A stretch of 53,113 bases of DNA from Candidatus Thorarchaeota archaeon SMTZ1-45 (GTDB taxonomy: Archaea > Asgardarchaeota > Thorarchaeia > Thorarchaeales > Thorarchaeaceae). Of this stretch, positions 27,598-37,624 are shown piece after piece. The DNA lies in assembly GCA_001563335.1 (NCBI GenBank), contig LRSL01000038.1, forward strand, positions 1 to 53,113, in the 5' to 3' direction. Made by a program: the position numbers and the translations under genes. Position 1 is the first letter of the stretch. Each line of letters opens with the position of its first letter. The notes under the pieces were generated by a model. The model did not search any database and was not told the DNA's origin. It saw only the letters and a list, made by a program, of their open reading frames with translations.

Positions 27598-28857
27598 TCA
27601 TGTATATTCTTTCATTACTACAAGGGTTTCAACATCTTCAATTCCTTGAATCTTCTGTATCCTTTTCAGAATCAAAGAACGTGTTTTGGTCAGATTTCTG
27701 CTTTTAATACTCAGTAGATAATCATGATGTCCTGCAAGAGCCGCTGCTGATTCAACACCCTTGATGTCAAACAGCTCAGGGAGTAAGTCACCAGTTAACG
27801 GTTTCACTTTAATGAGCACAAATGAACGAACATCCGAAGCTTCCAAGGCTAGAACTCCAATCATTACCAGTATAATGCCAAAGATCTTTAACGACCATAA
27901 GAACGAATCCGCGTCAAGCACTCCAAATGCACCGGGTATCAAAAGATTGCCAATAAGAGTAACAGGAATGCTAAGAACTACTGAGATTGATGATAAAGAA
28001 TTGACAACAGCCATCTTTCCACGACCAAGAGCTCGTATATACATCACAATCGAAAAAAACGCAGTTAGGGAACCTCCAACCATATACCCAAGTAGAGGTA
28101 TAAATTGGATTGCCATTGATTGCCAAGTGGATTCGTTCATGAAGGGGAAAGCTATTAGACTCATAACTGAATTCAAAACAAGCAATATCCATAACCTCAT
28201 GTTCAAAGAGTCTACTCGGAGACCAGGAGACAACTCATATCGTTTTGTCTTTCTTTGGAAGTAAGTCAAAAAAGCTGATGATATGTTTAATGGGCCTAGC
28301 ACAATAAGTAGTGTTATGAGGTCAAACCCGCCAGGGGTCGCTCCAACTAAAAGTACCCCAAAGAGAATTGATATGATTGATTGAATCTCAATGACTGTTG
28401 GTGTGTCCTTCTCGGCTAGCAAATCTCCTACGAGAAGGTAGATAATTACTAGCTGTCCATATGGTAGAACAGTTGATGCATCAGAAGATCCAGCCAGGAT
28501 ATAATAGAAAAGAGTAGATATACCAGCGAATAATCCAGCTATTATGATATAAAACATTGGAGTCTTGGGGAGAAGACGGAAACGACCAAAGTCTGGATCC
28601 AAACTATATCCCAGAGCTCGTTTTTTCCCATTTACTGATCTTCTGATGCTCAAGAACAAGAGCATTAGTAGCGCTACAACAAAGCTTGTCCATTGAGCTA
28701 GAAACCCATATGCAAGCGGGGTGATAGTTACAGTATTCAATGCAACAATGTCGAATATAACAGAGAAAGTCCTCATGACACCTGAACCCAAAGCAAGTGA
28801 ATAGAAAATCGTCGTTGCAGAACGACGACTCACCGGTCTCTCACTTCGACTACTCAC
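27598..28857 (-). CDS. EamA/DMT-like transporter fused to a C-terminal RAM domain
   Basis: About 10 TM in two repeats (YIRALGRGKMAVV), then SFVLIKVKP...LAGHHDYLLSI...IQKIQGIEDVETLVV. Confidence 0.8.
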   Translation of the reverse strand: MSSRSERPVSRRSATTIFYSLALGSGVMRTFSVIFDIVALNTVTITPLAYGFLAQWTSFVVALLMLLFLSIRRSVNGKKRALGYSLDPDFGRFRLLPKTPMFYIIIAGLFAGISTLFYYILAGSSDASTVLPYGQLVIIYLLVGDLLAEKDTPTVIEIQSIISILFGVLLVGATPGGFDLITLLIVLGPLNISSAFLTYFQRKTKRYELSPGLRVDSLNMRLWILLVLNSVMSLIAFPFMNESTWQSMAIQFIPLLGYMVGGSLTAFFSIVMYIRALGRGKMAVVNSLSSISVVLSIPVTLIGNLLIPGAFGVLDADSFLWSLKIFGIILVMIGVLALEASDVRSFVLIKVKPLTGDLLPELFDIKGVESAAALAGHHDYLLSIKSRNLTKTRSLILKRIQKIQGIEDVETLVVMKEYT

Positions 28858-28915
28858 TCACAATCACCCCCCTAATTCAGCAATTGTTGTTTCGTTTCAA
28901 TCGTAACGATGAAGA

Positions 28916-29953
28916 CTATTCATCCTCAATATTATCTGAAGATTCTTCAATATTGGCTGCTTCATTAGTTATTTCATCAGTAAGCTCAGATTCTTCCGTA
29001 AGTTCTGCATCCTCAGATTTTTTCGACCGTTTCTTTGGTTTCTTTTTCTTGTCATCGGTCACTTGTCGTTGTGCTAGGATGAACTCGTCAAAAGTAAGTC
29101 GTTTGCCTGATTGGAGCTTTTCAACTGCTTCTTCGGCTCGTTCTCGCTCTTGGGCTTTTTGCTGGTCACGTATCTCCTGACGTTCAATGTCACGTTTCTC
29201 AACCGTGAATTTTCTAAGTTTTCCTTGTATCTCTTCGATTTGTGTTCGAAGGTCTTTGAGTTTCGCCTCACCATCTTTAACTTTCTTTAACCATTCGACG
29301 AAATTCTTGTGAGCTGTATCAGCTGACTTCTTGTATTCTTCGAGCTGGGGTCGGATTCTAACGACTTCTTGATGATGAATCTGTGACTGCTCAGAGAATT
29401 CAATGACCTTCTCATGAGCATCTGAAGCCTCTTCCTTTAGTTTTCTTGCAAGTCTCCGAAGCTCACTAATACGATCTTGTTTCTCCTTTTCTTGACCAAT
29501 CTTCACAAGCTTTGCTTCAATCTTTGCAATCTCTTCGACAATAGAAAGCTCTTCATCTCTTGTTAGTTGGTCAGTCTGTTGACGCCACTCGAGTTCTTCA
29601 ACACGACGCATCATTCGACGTTGGTCTGTAGATGGGCTACCAACAAGATTACTTCGAAGCTCTCTGATTTCGTCATATACACTTTTTAGTTGAGCATGAA
29701 TAGCAGTTCTTCGATCCTTTGCTTCTGAGATGTCTTTGTTTATCTTATCGCGTGCTTCACGTTCAGCTTTAACTGATTCAATGAGACTCCTGACTTCTTT
29801 GTTGTGGTCATCTCGAATGTTCTTGTATTCTCTCATTTGATCTCGGTCACGTCTAAGGATCTCAAGTTCGTCCCGAGCTTGCACTTTGAGTTCACGGAGT
29901 TTCGCTCGAAGAAACTCAACATCTTCTGGTTTGGCTTCTGCGGCTTCAGTCAA
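28916..29953 (-). CDS. Archaeal coiled-coil protein (COG1340-like)
   Basis: LEWRQQT..LT.DEE, H.EV/ADTAH motifs and KLQSGKRLTFDE. Confidence 0.8.
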   Translation of the reverse strand: MTEAAEAKPEDVEFLRAKLRELKVQARDELEILRRDRDQMREYKNIRDDHNKEVRSLIESVKAEREARDKINKDISEAKDRRTAIHAQLKSVYDEIRELRSNLVGSPSTDQRRMMRRVEELEWRQQTDQLTRDEELSIVEEIAKIEAKLVKIGQEKEKQDRISELRRLARKLKEEASDAHEKVIEFSEQSQIHHQEVVRIRPQLEEYKKSADTAHKNFVEWLKKVKDGEAKLKDLRTQIEEIQGKLRKFTVEKRDIERQEIRDQQKAQERERAEEAVEKLQSGKRLTFDEFILAQRQVTDDKKKKPKKRSKKSEDAELTEESELTDEITNEAANIEESSDNIEDE

Positions 29954-30077
29954 AGGAATTCGTCCTAGAATTTCGTTTTGCGAGTCTTGCTATGCAAGAC
30001 GGATTTCGTTCACCACATTGGGTGCTTCGATAGCGTCTTTCGCAAGAAGCCTTCTTAAAAGGTTTCGCATGGAACAA

Positions 30078-30986
30078 CTATATTCTTGCAAGAGATTCAG
30101 CCAGTCTGTCTGATATGTTAAAATCAGTGACCTGTTGCAATCCATTCCACCCTGGTGTTGCATTCGCCTCCAGAATCCAAAGATTTCCATCAACATCTGG
30201 GATAATATCCACACCAACTAACCGTCCTTTAACAGACTTTGCTGCTCTCACAGATAGATCAGTCACATCAAGTGTGTTTTTCTGAGGGACACCACCACTG
30301 TGGATGTTTGTAGTAATCCCTGTACCACCAACTCGTTGCATGGTTGCGATGATTTCATCATCCAACACAAGAGCGCGAATATCAAATCCTGGACTCTGTA
30401 CAAATTCTTGAAGTAGGTAAGCACCTTTTCCAAACATTTGACTATGGAATTTTAAGTAATCATAGATGTTATCCAGATCAAATTCTCGCTCTATTAGCTG
30501 AACACCAAGACCACCAAATCCAGTGATTGGTTTTAATACACAGGGAAAATGCTCTTTGACAAAGTTTGCAGCGTCATCAATTGATTCAGTTATGAGTGTC
30601 CTTGGAACTGGCAGTCCTGCTGAAATCAAGCGGCGCATAGTTTCAGCTTTGTTTCTCATCAATAGAATTGATGAAACAGAGTTTATGACATCAACTCCCA
30701 TTTCTGTGAGTGCGGAGAGTAATCCCACACGATTGAAGAAGGTACCAATATCATTTGCTCCTAAGTCGAGTACTATTAGGAGATCTAGCAACGAGAGGTC
30801 AACACCATTCATTGTAATTTCATGTCTATTAGTAGAGACATTTCTCGACACTTTCCAAGGGATAACTTGCAAGGTTTCTACGCCTAGCTGGCGAAAGGAT
30901 GTATCAAGGCTCTGTTCTCGACGAGACCAAGGGTCTGAAGAGAAAAGTCCCACCTTTGAAACATAATTTGGACTCAATATGATCAC
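30078..30986 (-). CDS. RimK-family ATP-grasp ligase
   Basis: NKAET, VLKPITGFGG, LLQEFV, DIRALV, TNIHSGG, GVDII and EANATPG. Confidence 0.92.
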   Translation of the reverse strand: MIILSPNYVSKVGLFSSDPWSRREQSLDTSFRQLGVETLQVIPWKVSRNVSTNRHEITMNGVDLSLLDLLIVLDLGANDIGTFFNRVGLLSALTEMGVDVINSVSSILLMRNKAETMRRLISAGLPVPRTLITESIDDAANFVKEHFPCVLKPITGFGGLGVQLIEREFDLDNIYDYLKFHSQMFGKGAYLLQEFVQSPGFDIRALVLDDEIIATMQRVGGTGITTNIHSGGVPQKNTLDVTDLSVRAAKSVKGRLVGVDIIPDVDGNLWILEANATPGWNGLQQVTDFNISDRLAESLARI

Positions 30987-31056
30987 TCCAATTGAGAAGC
31001 AACTATTTCATACCCATAACGACTAGCTTTTATGTTCTATCAATTTTGACTCTTCG

Positions 31057-31455
31057 TTGAGTCTCATGAAATTGTTCTCTGCTGAAGAGCTTGACATAAT
31101 CAATAAAGAAATTCTAGGAAAGACTGGGTTCTTTCTGATTGCCTTTCGTAACATACATGGACCGACTCTCCTGAAGAAGCTCTGGACTGAGATGTTAGAA
31201 GAGCTCGGGCATACTGTGAAGTGTCTCAGCTGGTGGTCTGGTGCTGGGAATATAGGTCTCTTGGAATGTGAAACCAAAAATGGTCTATCAGTGTTTGGTC
31301 AGTGGGTCTTGGATGAGAAACAGGAACTTCTCAGAGTTATGGAATTGGATGAGAAGGAAGTTGTTAACATTCGTGATGGATTTGATGCAGGAACTGTAAC
31401 TTCTTCAGCAATGAGAGCTTATCGAATCGGTGAGTCTGGAGGAGAGAAGGAATAG
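31057..31455 (+). CDS. Hypothetical protein
   Basis: 132-aa ORF filling the gap between rimK-like and glmS. Confidence 0.65.
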   Translation: MSLMKLFSAEELDIINKEILGKTGFFLIAFRNIHGPTLLKKLWTEMLEELGHTVKCLSWWSGAGNIGLLECETKNGLSVFGQWVLDEKQELLRVMELDEKEVVNIRDGFDAGTVTSSAMRAYRIGESGGEKE

Positions 31456-31461
31456 AATAAG

Positions 31462-33297
31462 CTAATCAACTGTAAGAGTTTTCGATAAGTTCCTAGGCAA
31501 ATCGGGATTGATTCCAAGATCAACTGACAGATAATAGCTCAGTAATTGAAGGGGTATCACATCAAGGATTGGATTGATTAGTATTTCAGACTTTGGTACA
31601 ACTAGATAGTCTTGCTTGTTTTTAACATAGGGTTCAAGAGTTTCTTCGAGTTCGCCAACAACAATAGTTCTGCCATGTCTTGCTTTTACTTCATTGATGT
31701 GATTAATCACCATCCAGCTATCTTCAGTGGTTGTAACAAAAATGACAGGATAGTTCTTCGTCACGATGCTGAGAGGACCATGCTTGAATTCTGAAGAATA
31801 CATTCCCTCGCAATGATTATAACAAATCTCTTTGATCTTTAGAGCCCCCTCTCTTGCAACGCCATCAGTAAAACCATATCCTAGGCAATAAAGGTCTTTT
31901 ACATCCGTTAAGGTTCTCGCTAGATTTTTTGCAAGAATACCTGTTCTATCAATAGTGGTCTGAGTTAATGAAGGCAGGTCATCTCGGAGTCTGGAAATGA
32001 AAGCTTTTGCTTCAGAGGAATCAATGTGCCCATTTCGTTCACCCAATCGAGCAGCTAAATAGGCAAAGATAATGCTTTGAGAATAGTATGTCTTTGTAGC
32101 AGGAACTGACACCTCATATCCACAAGCCATTGGAATATATGAGTCAGATTGAAACATTAGAGTACTTCCAATGACGTTCAATACTCCCAAAGCTTTTCCA
32201 TAATTTTCGTTCTTTATTAAATTCAAAACATTCAGTATGTCTTTTGTTTCTCCACTCTGAGAAACCAAGAGACATAGACTATTTTCATCCATGGTAGCTC
32301 CATACATGGGTTGAAACTGACCACCTATAGCATGAAACATAGGAATTCCTGCGAGTCTATTGAAGTAATATGTACCGACAATACTTGCATTATATGATGA
32401 ACCACATGCAACCAAGTAATGTCTGGATGCCTTCTCTAGGAGTCGCAACCATTCCTCACACATAGGGCTTTCAAGAATACCAATGACATCACGAGCTACT
32501 TTTGGTTGCTCATTAATCTCCTTGAGCATGAAATGAGGATATCCACCCTTCTCTGCAGCGTGTGCATCAACATTCGAAATCTGTGATGGTCTCTCGAGTT
32601 GCTTTCCATCTTCTATTCGGAAGACTTTCACATAATCAGGGGTTAGAACTAGCATTTCGCCATCTGCGAGATAGATAACGTTGTTTGTAAGAGGTAGAAC
32701 TGAAGGAAGGTCACTTGAAACAATTGTTGCATTATTGGCAATTCCCGCAACCAATGAGGAGCCCATCTTGACTGCATATATCTCCTGTTTATCAGCACGG
32801 CCAACAGCATATGCATACGCACCCTTTAGATCCTGAGTAGAGAGTTGGACAGCTTCAAACATATCTCCCGTTTCTTCATAGTACTTGTCCACTGCATGAA
32901 CGCAGAGTTCACCATCATTCTCAGATCGTATAATATGACCAGTATCAATGAGTTCCTTCTTATATTCCACATAATTGTGGATGTTTCCATTGTGCGCACC
33001 ATAGAAGACTTCATCACAGCCAAAATGAGGTTGAGCATTTGCTTTTGTGGGAGCACCATAAGTTGCCCACCGTAGTTGAGCAATTCCACGGTCTCCCTTC
33101 ATTCTAGAAAGACCAAGAAGTCTGTTGACATGTTCGATGGTACCAACATCTTTCCTAAGGTCAACACGCCCATTGTGGACTGCAGCAACACCCACACTAT
33201 CATATCCTCGGTAAGTCAGCTTACTGCTACATTTAACAAGAAGTTCACCAATGTTGTCAAGATTGCTCGTAACAATCCCAGTTATGCCGCACATCAA
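31462..33297 (-). CDS. glmS: Glutamine--fructose-6-phosphate aminotransferase
   Basis: N-terminal CGI, YRGYDS, HNGNI, HFMLKEI, SQSGET, LKIKEI, EFKHGP and PRNLSKTLTVD. Confidence 0.96.
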   Translation of the reverse strand: MMCGITGIVTSNLDNIGELLVKCSSKLTYRGYDSVGVAAVHNGRVDLRKDVGTIEHVNRLLGLSRMKGDRGIAQLRWATYGAPTKANAQPHFGCDEVFYGAHNGNIHNYVEYKKELIDTGHIIRSENDGELCVHAVDKYYEETGDMFEAVQLSTQDLKGAYAYAVGRADKQEIYAVKMGSSLVAGIANNATIVSSDLPSVLPLTNNVIYLADGEMLVLTPDYVKVFRIEDGKQLERPSQISNVDAHAAEKGGYPHFMLKEINEQPKVARDVIGILESPMCEEWLRLLEKASRHYLVACGSSYNASIVGTYYFNRLAGIPMFHAIGGQFQPMYGATMDENSLCLLVSQSGETKDILNVLNLIKNENYGKALGVLNVIGSTLMFQSDSYIPMACGYEVSVPATKTYYSQSIIFAYLAARLGERNGHIDSSEAKAFISRLRDDLPSLTQTTIDRTGILAKNLARTLTDVKDLYCLGYGFTDGVAREGALKIKEICYNHCEGMYSSEFKHGPLSIVTKNYPVIFVTTTEDSWMVINHINEVKARHGRTIVVGELEETLEPYVKNKQDYLVVPKSEILINPILDVIPLQLLSYYLSVDLGINPDLPRNLSKTLTVD

Positions 33298-33432
33298 GGC
33301 TTGACTCTGATATTTTGTAATTAAGAGTTACGTACGATTAAATAGTGTACGTATAATTGCTTAGATTTAAGAGTCGAAGCAATTATATCACAGAAATCAA
33401 TTGATTGTTGAAAGCGAATAGAGGACCACGCC

Positions 33433-34140
33433 ATGGGAAGGCAAAAACGAATGGCATTACTTTTGCATCCGTTCCGGAGAGAACTATACCAAGTGTTATG
33501 TGAAAATCCTGGTACATACCTTCTCGAACTAGTCGACATACTCTCCTCTCCACTGGGCACACTCACATGGCATCTTAGAATTCTAGAACGCGAAGGACTG
33601 GTTAAGTCACTCAAGTTTGCGGGAAAAAGGCTCTACTACCCTCGAATGTTGAGGTCTCAAGAAGCAGAAATGGCTTACCTTACAATGAGAAGTGATACAG
33701 CGCAAAAAATTTTCGCATTCATTGTCAACAATCAGGGATGTTATCAAGAACAGATGGCGGAATCTCTTGGAGTGCATCATGATACAGTCAGATGGCACAT
33801 TTCAAGAATGGAAGAAGTTGGTCTTGTAAAAGTAGTCCGTGAAGGTAGAAAGAAACGACACTATTTGGACCAACTTGGAGACCTACTCATGAAAGGTAGT
33901 CTTAACACAATAACCGAAGCATATGTTATGTTCTTGATGGAGAAGCTTGAGGATGGATGTCTAAATCCAGAGATTCGCGAATCCAAATCGGACCATGTCA
34001 CTATTCGAATTGATTGTCCTGAACGTGGAAAGGACTGTTTCATTACAATAAATCTAACAGAATGGGAATTTCAGTTCATTGATGATGAGGCTGCGGAAGC
34101 CACAGTCAGACATGAAAAAGTGGAAGCAGGTGGAGATTAG
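33433..34140 (+). CDS. Double winged-HTH transcriptional regulator
   Basis: Two wHTH units: NPG..LLEL...LGTLTWHLRILEREGLV and NQG..QEQMAESLGVHHDTVRWHISRM. Confidence 0.85.
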   Translation: MGRQKRMALLLHPFRRELYQVLCENPGTYLLELVDILSSPLGTLTWHLRILEREGLVKSLKFAGKRLYYPRMLRSQEAEMAYLTMRSDTAQKIFAFIVNNQGCYQEQMAESLGVHHDTVRWHISRMEEVGLVKVVREGRKKRHYLDQLGDLLMKGSLNTITEAYVMFLMEKLEDGCLNPEIRESKSDHVTIRIDCPERGKDCFITINLTEWEFQFIDDEAAEATVRHEKVEAGGD

Positions 34141-34868
34141 GTAGTTCCATCTAATATTTGACGCACCTTTTGAGCAATCTCATCCGGATTTGGTCCTGGA
34201 CATACAACTGCCAAGAGACGGGTATCATCCACTCTTGTAATCAATAGCCTTAACCCGGCAGTATCAACGGAGATTGAGTCAGTACCCTCAGAGTATGTCA
34301 ATCCATTTGCAAAGAGGGAGCCCATCAGAGCAGCTACCTCAACCTCGTCCTTGAAACCTACAGAGCCTAGAGGAAGACCATCAAGAGTTAGTAGTGCACC
34401 TTGTGTGACTTCTGGAATCTCTTCAACAATTCTACCCAGAATGGTCTGTTTTCCAAATACACTTGTTGAACTCATGACAAGTTCCATTCGTGTTGCAAGA
34501 GATTGAAATGCAGGTATTAATGATTGAAGGTTTAGTCCTGCATCATCAGCTTTTGAAATAACAATAATCAGATGGTAGTGTGGCTGAACAATTGTGAGAA
34601 TTCGCTCAATACTAGTTGAGTGAATTAGATGTGTCGGACCAGAGCTTCTCAAGTGGTGCATAGCCGAGGCACCACCCCAAACTAATGCTGAAGACACTGT
34701 GGCGATTATACGAGGGTCATTCTCTCCTCCTCGAGCCACAGCAGCTACCACAACACCCTCCTTTGTACACAGAACTGCATTGCTTACAGAACGATGAACC
34801 TTCAATGTGTCTTCGAGGAGTGTTGCTACTTCTCCTAATGTATCTCCGGGCATAACACCAACCAGCAC
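34137..34868 (-). CDS. Tandem roadblock/LC7-domain protein
   Basis: Two repeats: AVLCTKEGVVVAA...IIATVSSAL and GALLTLDGLPLGS...VAALMGSL. Confidence 0.78.
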   Translation of the reverse strand: MLVGVMPGDTLGEVATLLEDTLKVHRSVSNAVLCTKEGVVVAAVARGGENDPRIIATVSSALVWGGASAMHHLRSSGPTHLIHSTSIERILTIVQPHYHLIIVISKADDAGLNLQSLIPAFQSLATRMELVMSSTSVFGKQTILGRIVEEIPEVTQGALLTLDGLPLGSVGFKDEVEVAALMGSLFANGLTYSEGTDSISVDTAGLRLLITRVDDTRLLAVVCPGPNPDEIAQKVRQILDGTT

Positions 34869-34971
34869 TATGTTTCTTGAAGTTCTGTCATGCTAACGCA
34901 TTTATAACTGATACTCTTAATGGAAAAGGCTCTGAAAGAACCCCACTTCTTAGAGCAACAAGTTTAAATCG

Positions 34972-36132
34972 ATGGTTCAAAGCAACGACTTTAACGACTA
35001 CGGAGGCATAATTTTGAGCTCAAGGTCAGGAGTCATTTCGTCAGTAATAATCGTGATATTGATATTCTCCGCAGTTGGTGGCTTTATATTCTTGACAAAT
35101 CAGTATGTGCCATCAAGAATTGCAGTTGTCGTTATCGACCCTGGATATGGGGATAGGAGTTTCATTGACCAAGCAGTTGAAGGACTGTATGAAACAGAAG
35201 TCGTCGTTGATTATGATCTCATAGTAGCAGATGATGTTGACGACTTGCAGAGTACGATCAATGGAATTTCAGTTGAAGGAAATCATGATTTAATCATTGT
35301 AATTGGAACTCAAGCCGGTTTGGCAACTGCAGTTGACACTGTTGCAGCTAATCACGTATATCAGAAATTTGGGTTCATTGGAGGATTTGTAAATAGAGAT
35401 AATGTAGCTTCAGCAACATTCGAAAATGATCAAGCAGCATTTCTGGCGGGAGCTCTTGCTGCACATCTTGCAGTTGATAATGTGAATCGAACGGGAATAG
35501 TTGGTATTATCGGTTCTGTATCAACAGACCCAACAGTGATTGAGTTGATTGATGGATTTATACAAGGTCTAAATTATGCTAACCAAACGCTGGGAAACGT
35601 GAGTCTTCTTCCAATACAATATGTTGGATCTTACAATGACTCAACAACAGCAGACGTTTATGCTAGAAATATGTGGAATCCAAATTTGGGCAACGCATCT
35701 GTAATTTTTGCTCCAGTACGTGCGAGTATTATGGGCATCCGATCAGCAATGGAGTATGCAAACGTTACTTGGTTTTGTAATATAACAAATCGTGAACCAT
35801 TTGTAATAGGAGCAGAAGCTGATCAAAGATATCTTGGAAATCCAAATATTGCAATCAGATCTGGACCTTCTTGGATTGTGACAAGCGTTGTACCCAGATC
35901 AGACTTGGCTGCAGTTAGAATCATAAACGCTACACTTTGGGACCGATTTATCGGGGCACTCGACTATGGTGGTGAATATGCCAGCACTATTGGAGGTAAT
36001 CTATATAATAATGGAACTATTCTAGCCGACATGGTAGAGTATCAAGAAAACGAGTGGGTAACTGATGCTATGATTAACATGACTATTGACTACCGCCGCG
36101 CAATAATCAATGGAACCATTATACTTTCGTAG
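34972..36132 (+). CDS. BMP/PnrA-family substrate-binding protein, membrane-anchored
   Basis: N-terminal TM; GYGDRSF, DLIIVIG, FENDQAAFLAGALAA and VIGAEADQ. Confidence 0.85.
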   Translation: MVQSNDFNDYGGIILSSRSGVISSVIIVILIFSAVGGFIFLTNQYVPSRIAVVVIDPGYGDRSFIDQAVEGLYETEVVVDYDLIVADDVDDLQSTINGISVEGNHDLIIVIGTQAGLATAVDTVAANHVYQKFGFIGGFVNRDNVASATFENDQAAFLAGALAAHLAVDNVNRTGIVGIIGSVSTDPTVIELIDGFIQGLNYANQTLGNVSLLPIQYVGSYNDSTTADVYARNMWNPNLGNASVIFAPVRASIMGIRSAMEYANVTWFCNITNREPFVIGAEADQRYLGNPNIAIRSGPSWIVTSVVPRSDLAAVRIINATLWDRFIGALDYGGEYASTIGGNLYNNGTILADMVEYQENEWVTDAMINMTIDYRRAIINGTIILS

Positions 36133-36148
36133 GTTCATGGTCGTTTCT

Positions 36149-36168
36149 TGGGGGATTTCAATCCCCCA
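36149..36168 (+). terminator. Hairpin after the BMP gene
   Basis: TGGGGGAT-TTCA-ATCCCCCA with a T-tract shortly after. Confidence 0.55.
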
Positions 36169-36209
36169 CATCTTCATTTTTCAAATATTGGGAATATGGG
36201 GTTAGAACG

Positions 36210-36851
36210 TTGAATATTAATCAGGAAATAATTAGCCTTGCAAAAAATGCCGAAATACTGAAGGGGCTGGGACGTAATGGATGGGCACTTGCAGGTGTTC
36301 ACTGTACTAGACAAGAATCAGTTGGAGAGCACTCCTTTGGAGCAGTTCTTGTGAGTCTTTTAATTGCAAAGAGTCTTGCTGATAACGGAGAACGAGTCAA
36401 TCTAGAGAGGGTTGCTTTTATGGCCACCATGCATGACTTTCCGGAGGTCATAATATCGGATATCCCTCGGGCATCTGTGGAGCTTGGAGGTGAACAACTC
36501 AAAGAGGGAAAAGTGAAAGCTGAACAGAAAGCAATTCATCAACTATCTAAGAGTAGCGAGTTCTTTGGAGATTTCATAGTAGAAATCTGGAGTGATCTCA
36601 TGGAATCTGGTAGTATCGAGGCGCGGATTGTTTTGGGTGCGGACATAATTGATATGCTTATACATACACTTGCATTGGAAAAATCAGGTGTATCTCCCAA
36701 AATCCTTGATCAATTCTTCAAAAACAGTATAGATTCTTTGAGAGAATTGAAGCTGGAAATAATTGAAAATACCTTCTGGGAAATTTACAGAGAACATATT
36801 GATAATGCTAAGAGAATGGGTATCGAATTAGATCAAATCATTCGTGATTAG
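36210..36851 (+). CDS. HD-domain hydrolase (YfbR/HDDC2-like 5'-deoxynucleotidase)
   Basis: LK...RNGW, ESVGEHSF, MHDFPE..SDIP and ADIID. Confidence 0.9.
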   Translation: MNINQEIISLAKNAEILKGLGRNGWALAGVHCTRQESVGEHSFGAVLVSLLIAKSLADNGERVNLERVAFMATMHDFPEVIISDIPRASVELGGEQLKEGKVKAEQKAIHQLSKSSEFFGDFIVEIWSDLMESGSIEARIVLGADIIDMLIHTLALEKSGVSPKILDQFFKNSIDSLRELKLEIIENTFWEIYREHIDNAKRMGIELDQIIRD

Positions 36852-37473
36852 ATTGAATCGTTCTGATGAAGTCACGATGCAATCCAGCAGCGATTGTTCT
36901 TGCAACTCTTACTGGCTCAGGAACTCTACCATCAATTGTCAATTTGTCAAGTAGATTCTTTGCTCTAGAATGACCAATACCAGCAACTGAGAGGTAGAGA
37001 GTGTGACCAGTTTGAAGATGCACAGGCTTTCGCTCTCCTATTCTCTCAAGAAGATCAAGACGAATTTTCCAATCGTTCGGGAAGTATTCCTTCAAATATT
37101 TTTCAATTCCTTCAGAAGGATGATATGAAATACAGATAACAGGTGTTCCTGTATGTTGGTAGAGTTCAGAGATATCCACAATATTGAACCATGAGACTAC
37201 CGAACCTCCAAGCATCCATGCTCGGATGTCCTTGCGATTAAGACGATTGAACATCAAAACTAGCTCATCAGTGGAATCACTGCCTCCAATTGTAGGAGTG
37301 CAAACACTGAAACCATCAATCCTTAGATCTCCTCTCATTACTACTCCAACCATTATGCTTCGCATATCATTCTTAACAAAACTTTCAGATACCCCAAGAA
37401 CTCGAACACCTCTCTTCCAACCAATTGTTGCATCTGCTGGAGTTGTTGAATCAAGTCGATATATTGAACTCAT
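36838..37473 (-). CDS. DUF99 family (endonuclease V-like) protein
   Basis: RVLGVSESF, GVVMRGD, WFNIVD and GRVPEPVRVA. Confidence 0.88.
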   Translation of the reverse strand: MSSIYRLDSTTPADATIGWKRGVRVLGVSESFVKNDMRSIMVGVVMRGDLRIDGFSVCTPTIGGSDSTDELVLMFNRLNRKDIRAWMLGGSVVSWFNIVDISELYQHTGTPVICISYHPSEGIEKYLKEYFPNDWKIRLDLLERIGERKPVHLQTGHTLYLSVAGIGHSRAKNLLDKLTIDGRVPEPVRVARTIAAGLHRDFIRTIQSNHE

Positions 37474-37624
37474 GCTTGAAATCCACCGTCAAATCATCTA
37501 AGCTTCTAAGAAGTCTCTAAAGTAGTCTTCTAATCGTTATAGCTACATATATCATGCAAACTTTATTAATGCGCATTTGTAAGTGACAATTATTCTAGTC
37601 GAGAGAGAGAAGAGAGTGGCTGCC

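Noticed and set aside
28916-29953. Coiled-coil protein as a novel cytoskeletal or ESCRT element
   Set aside because: Matches the widespread archaeal COG1340-type pattern; no Snf7 or SMC motifs.
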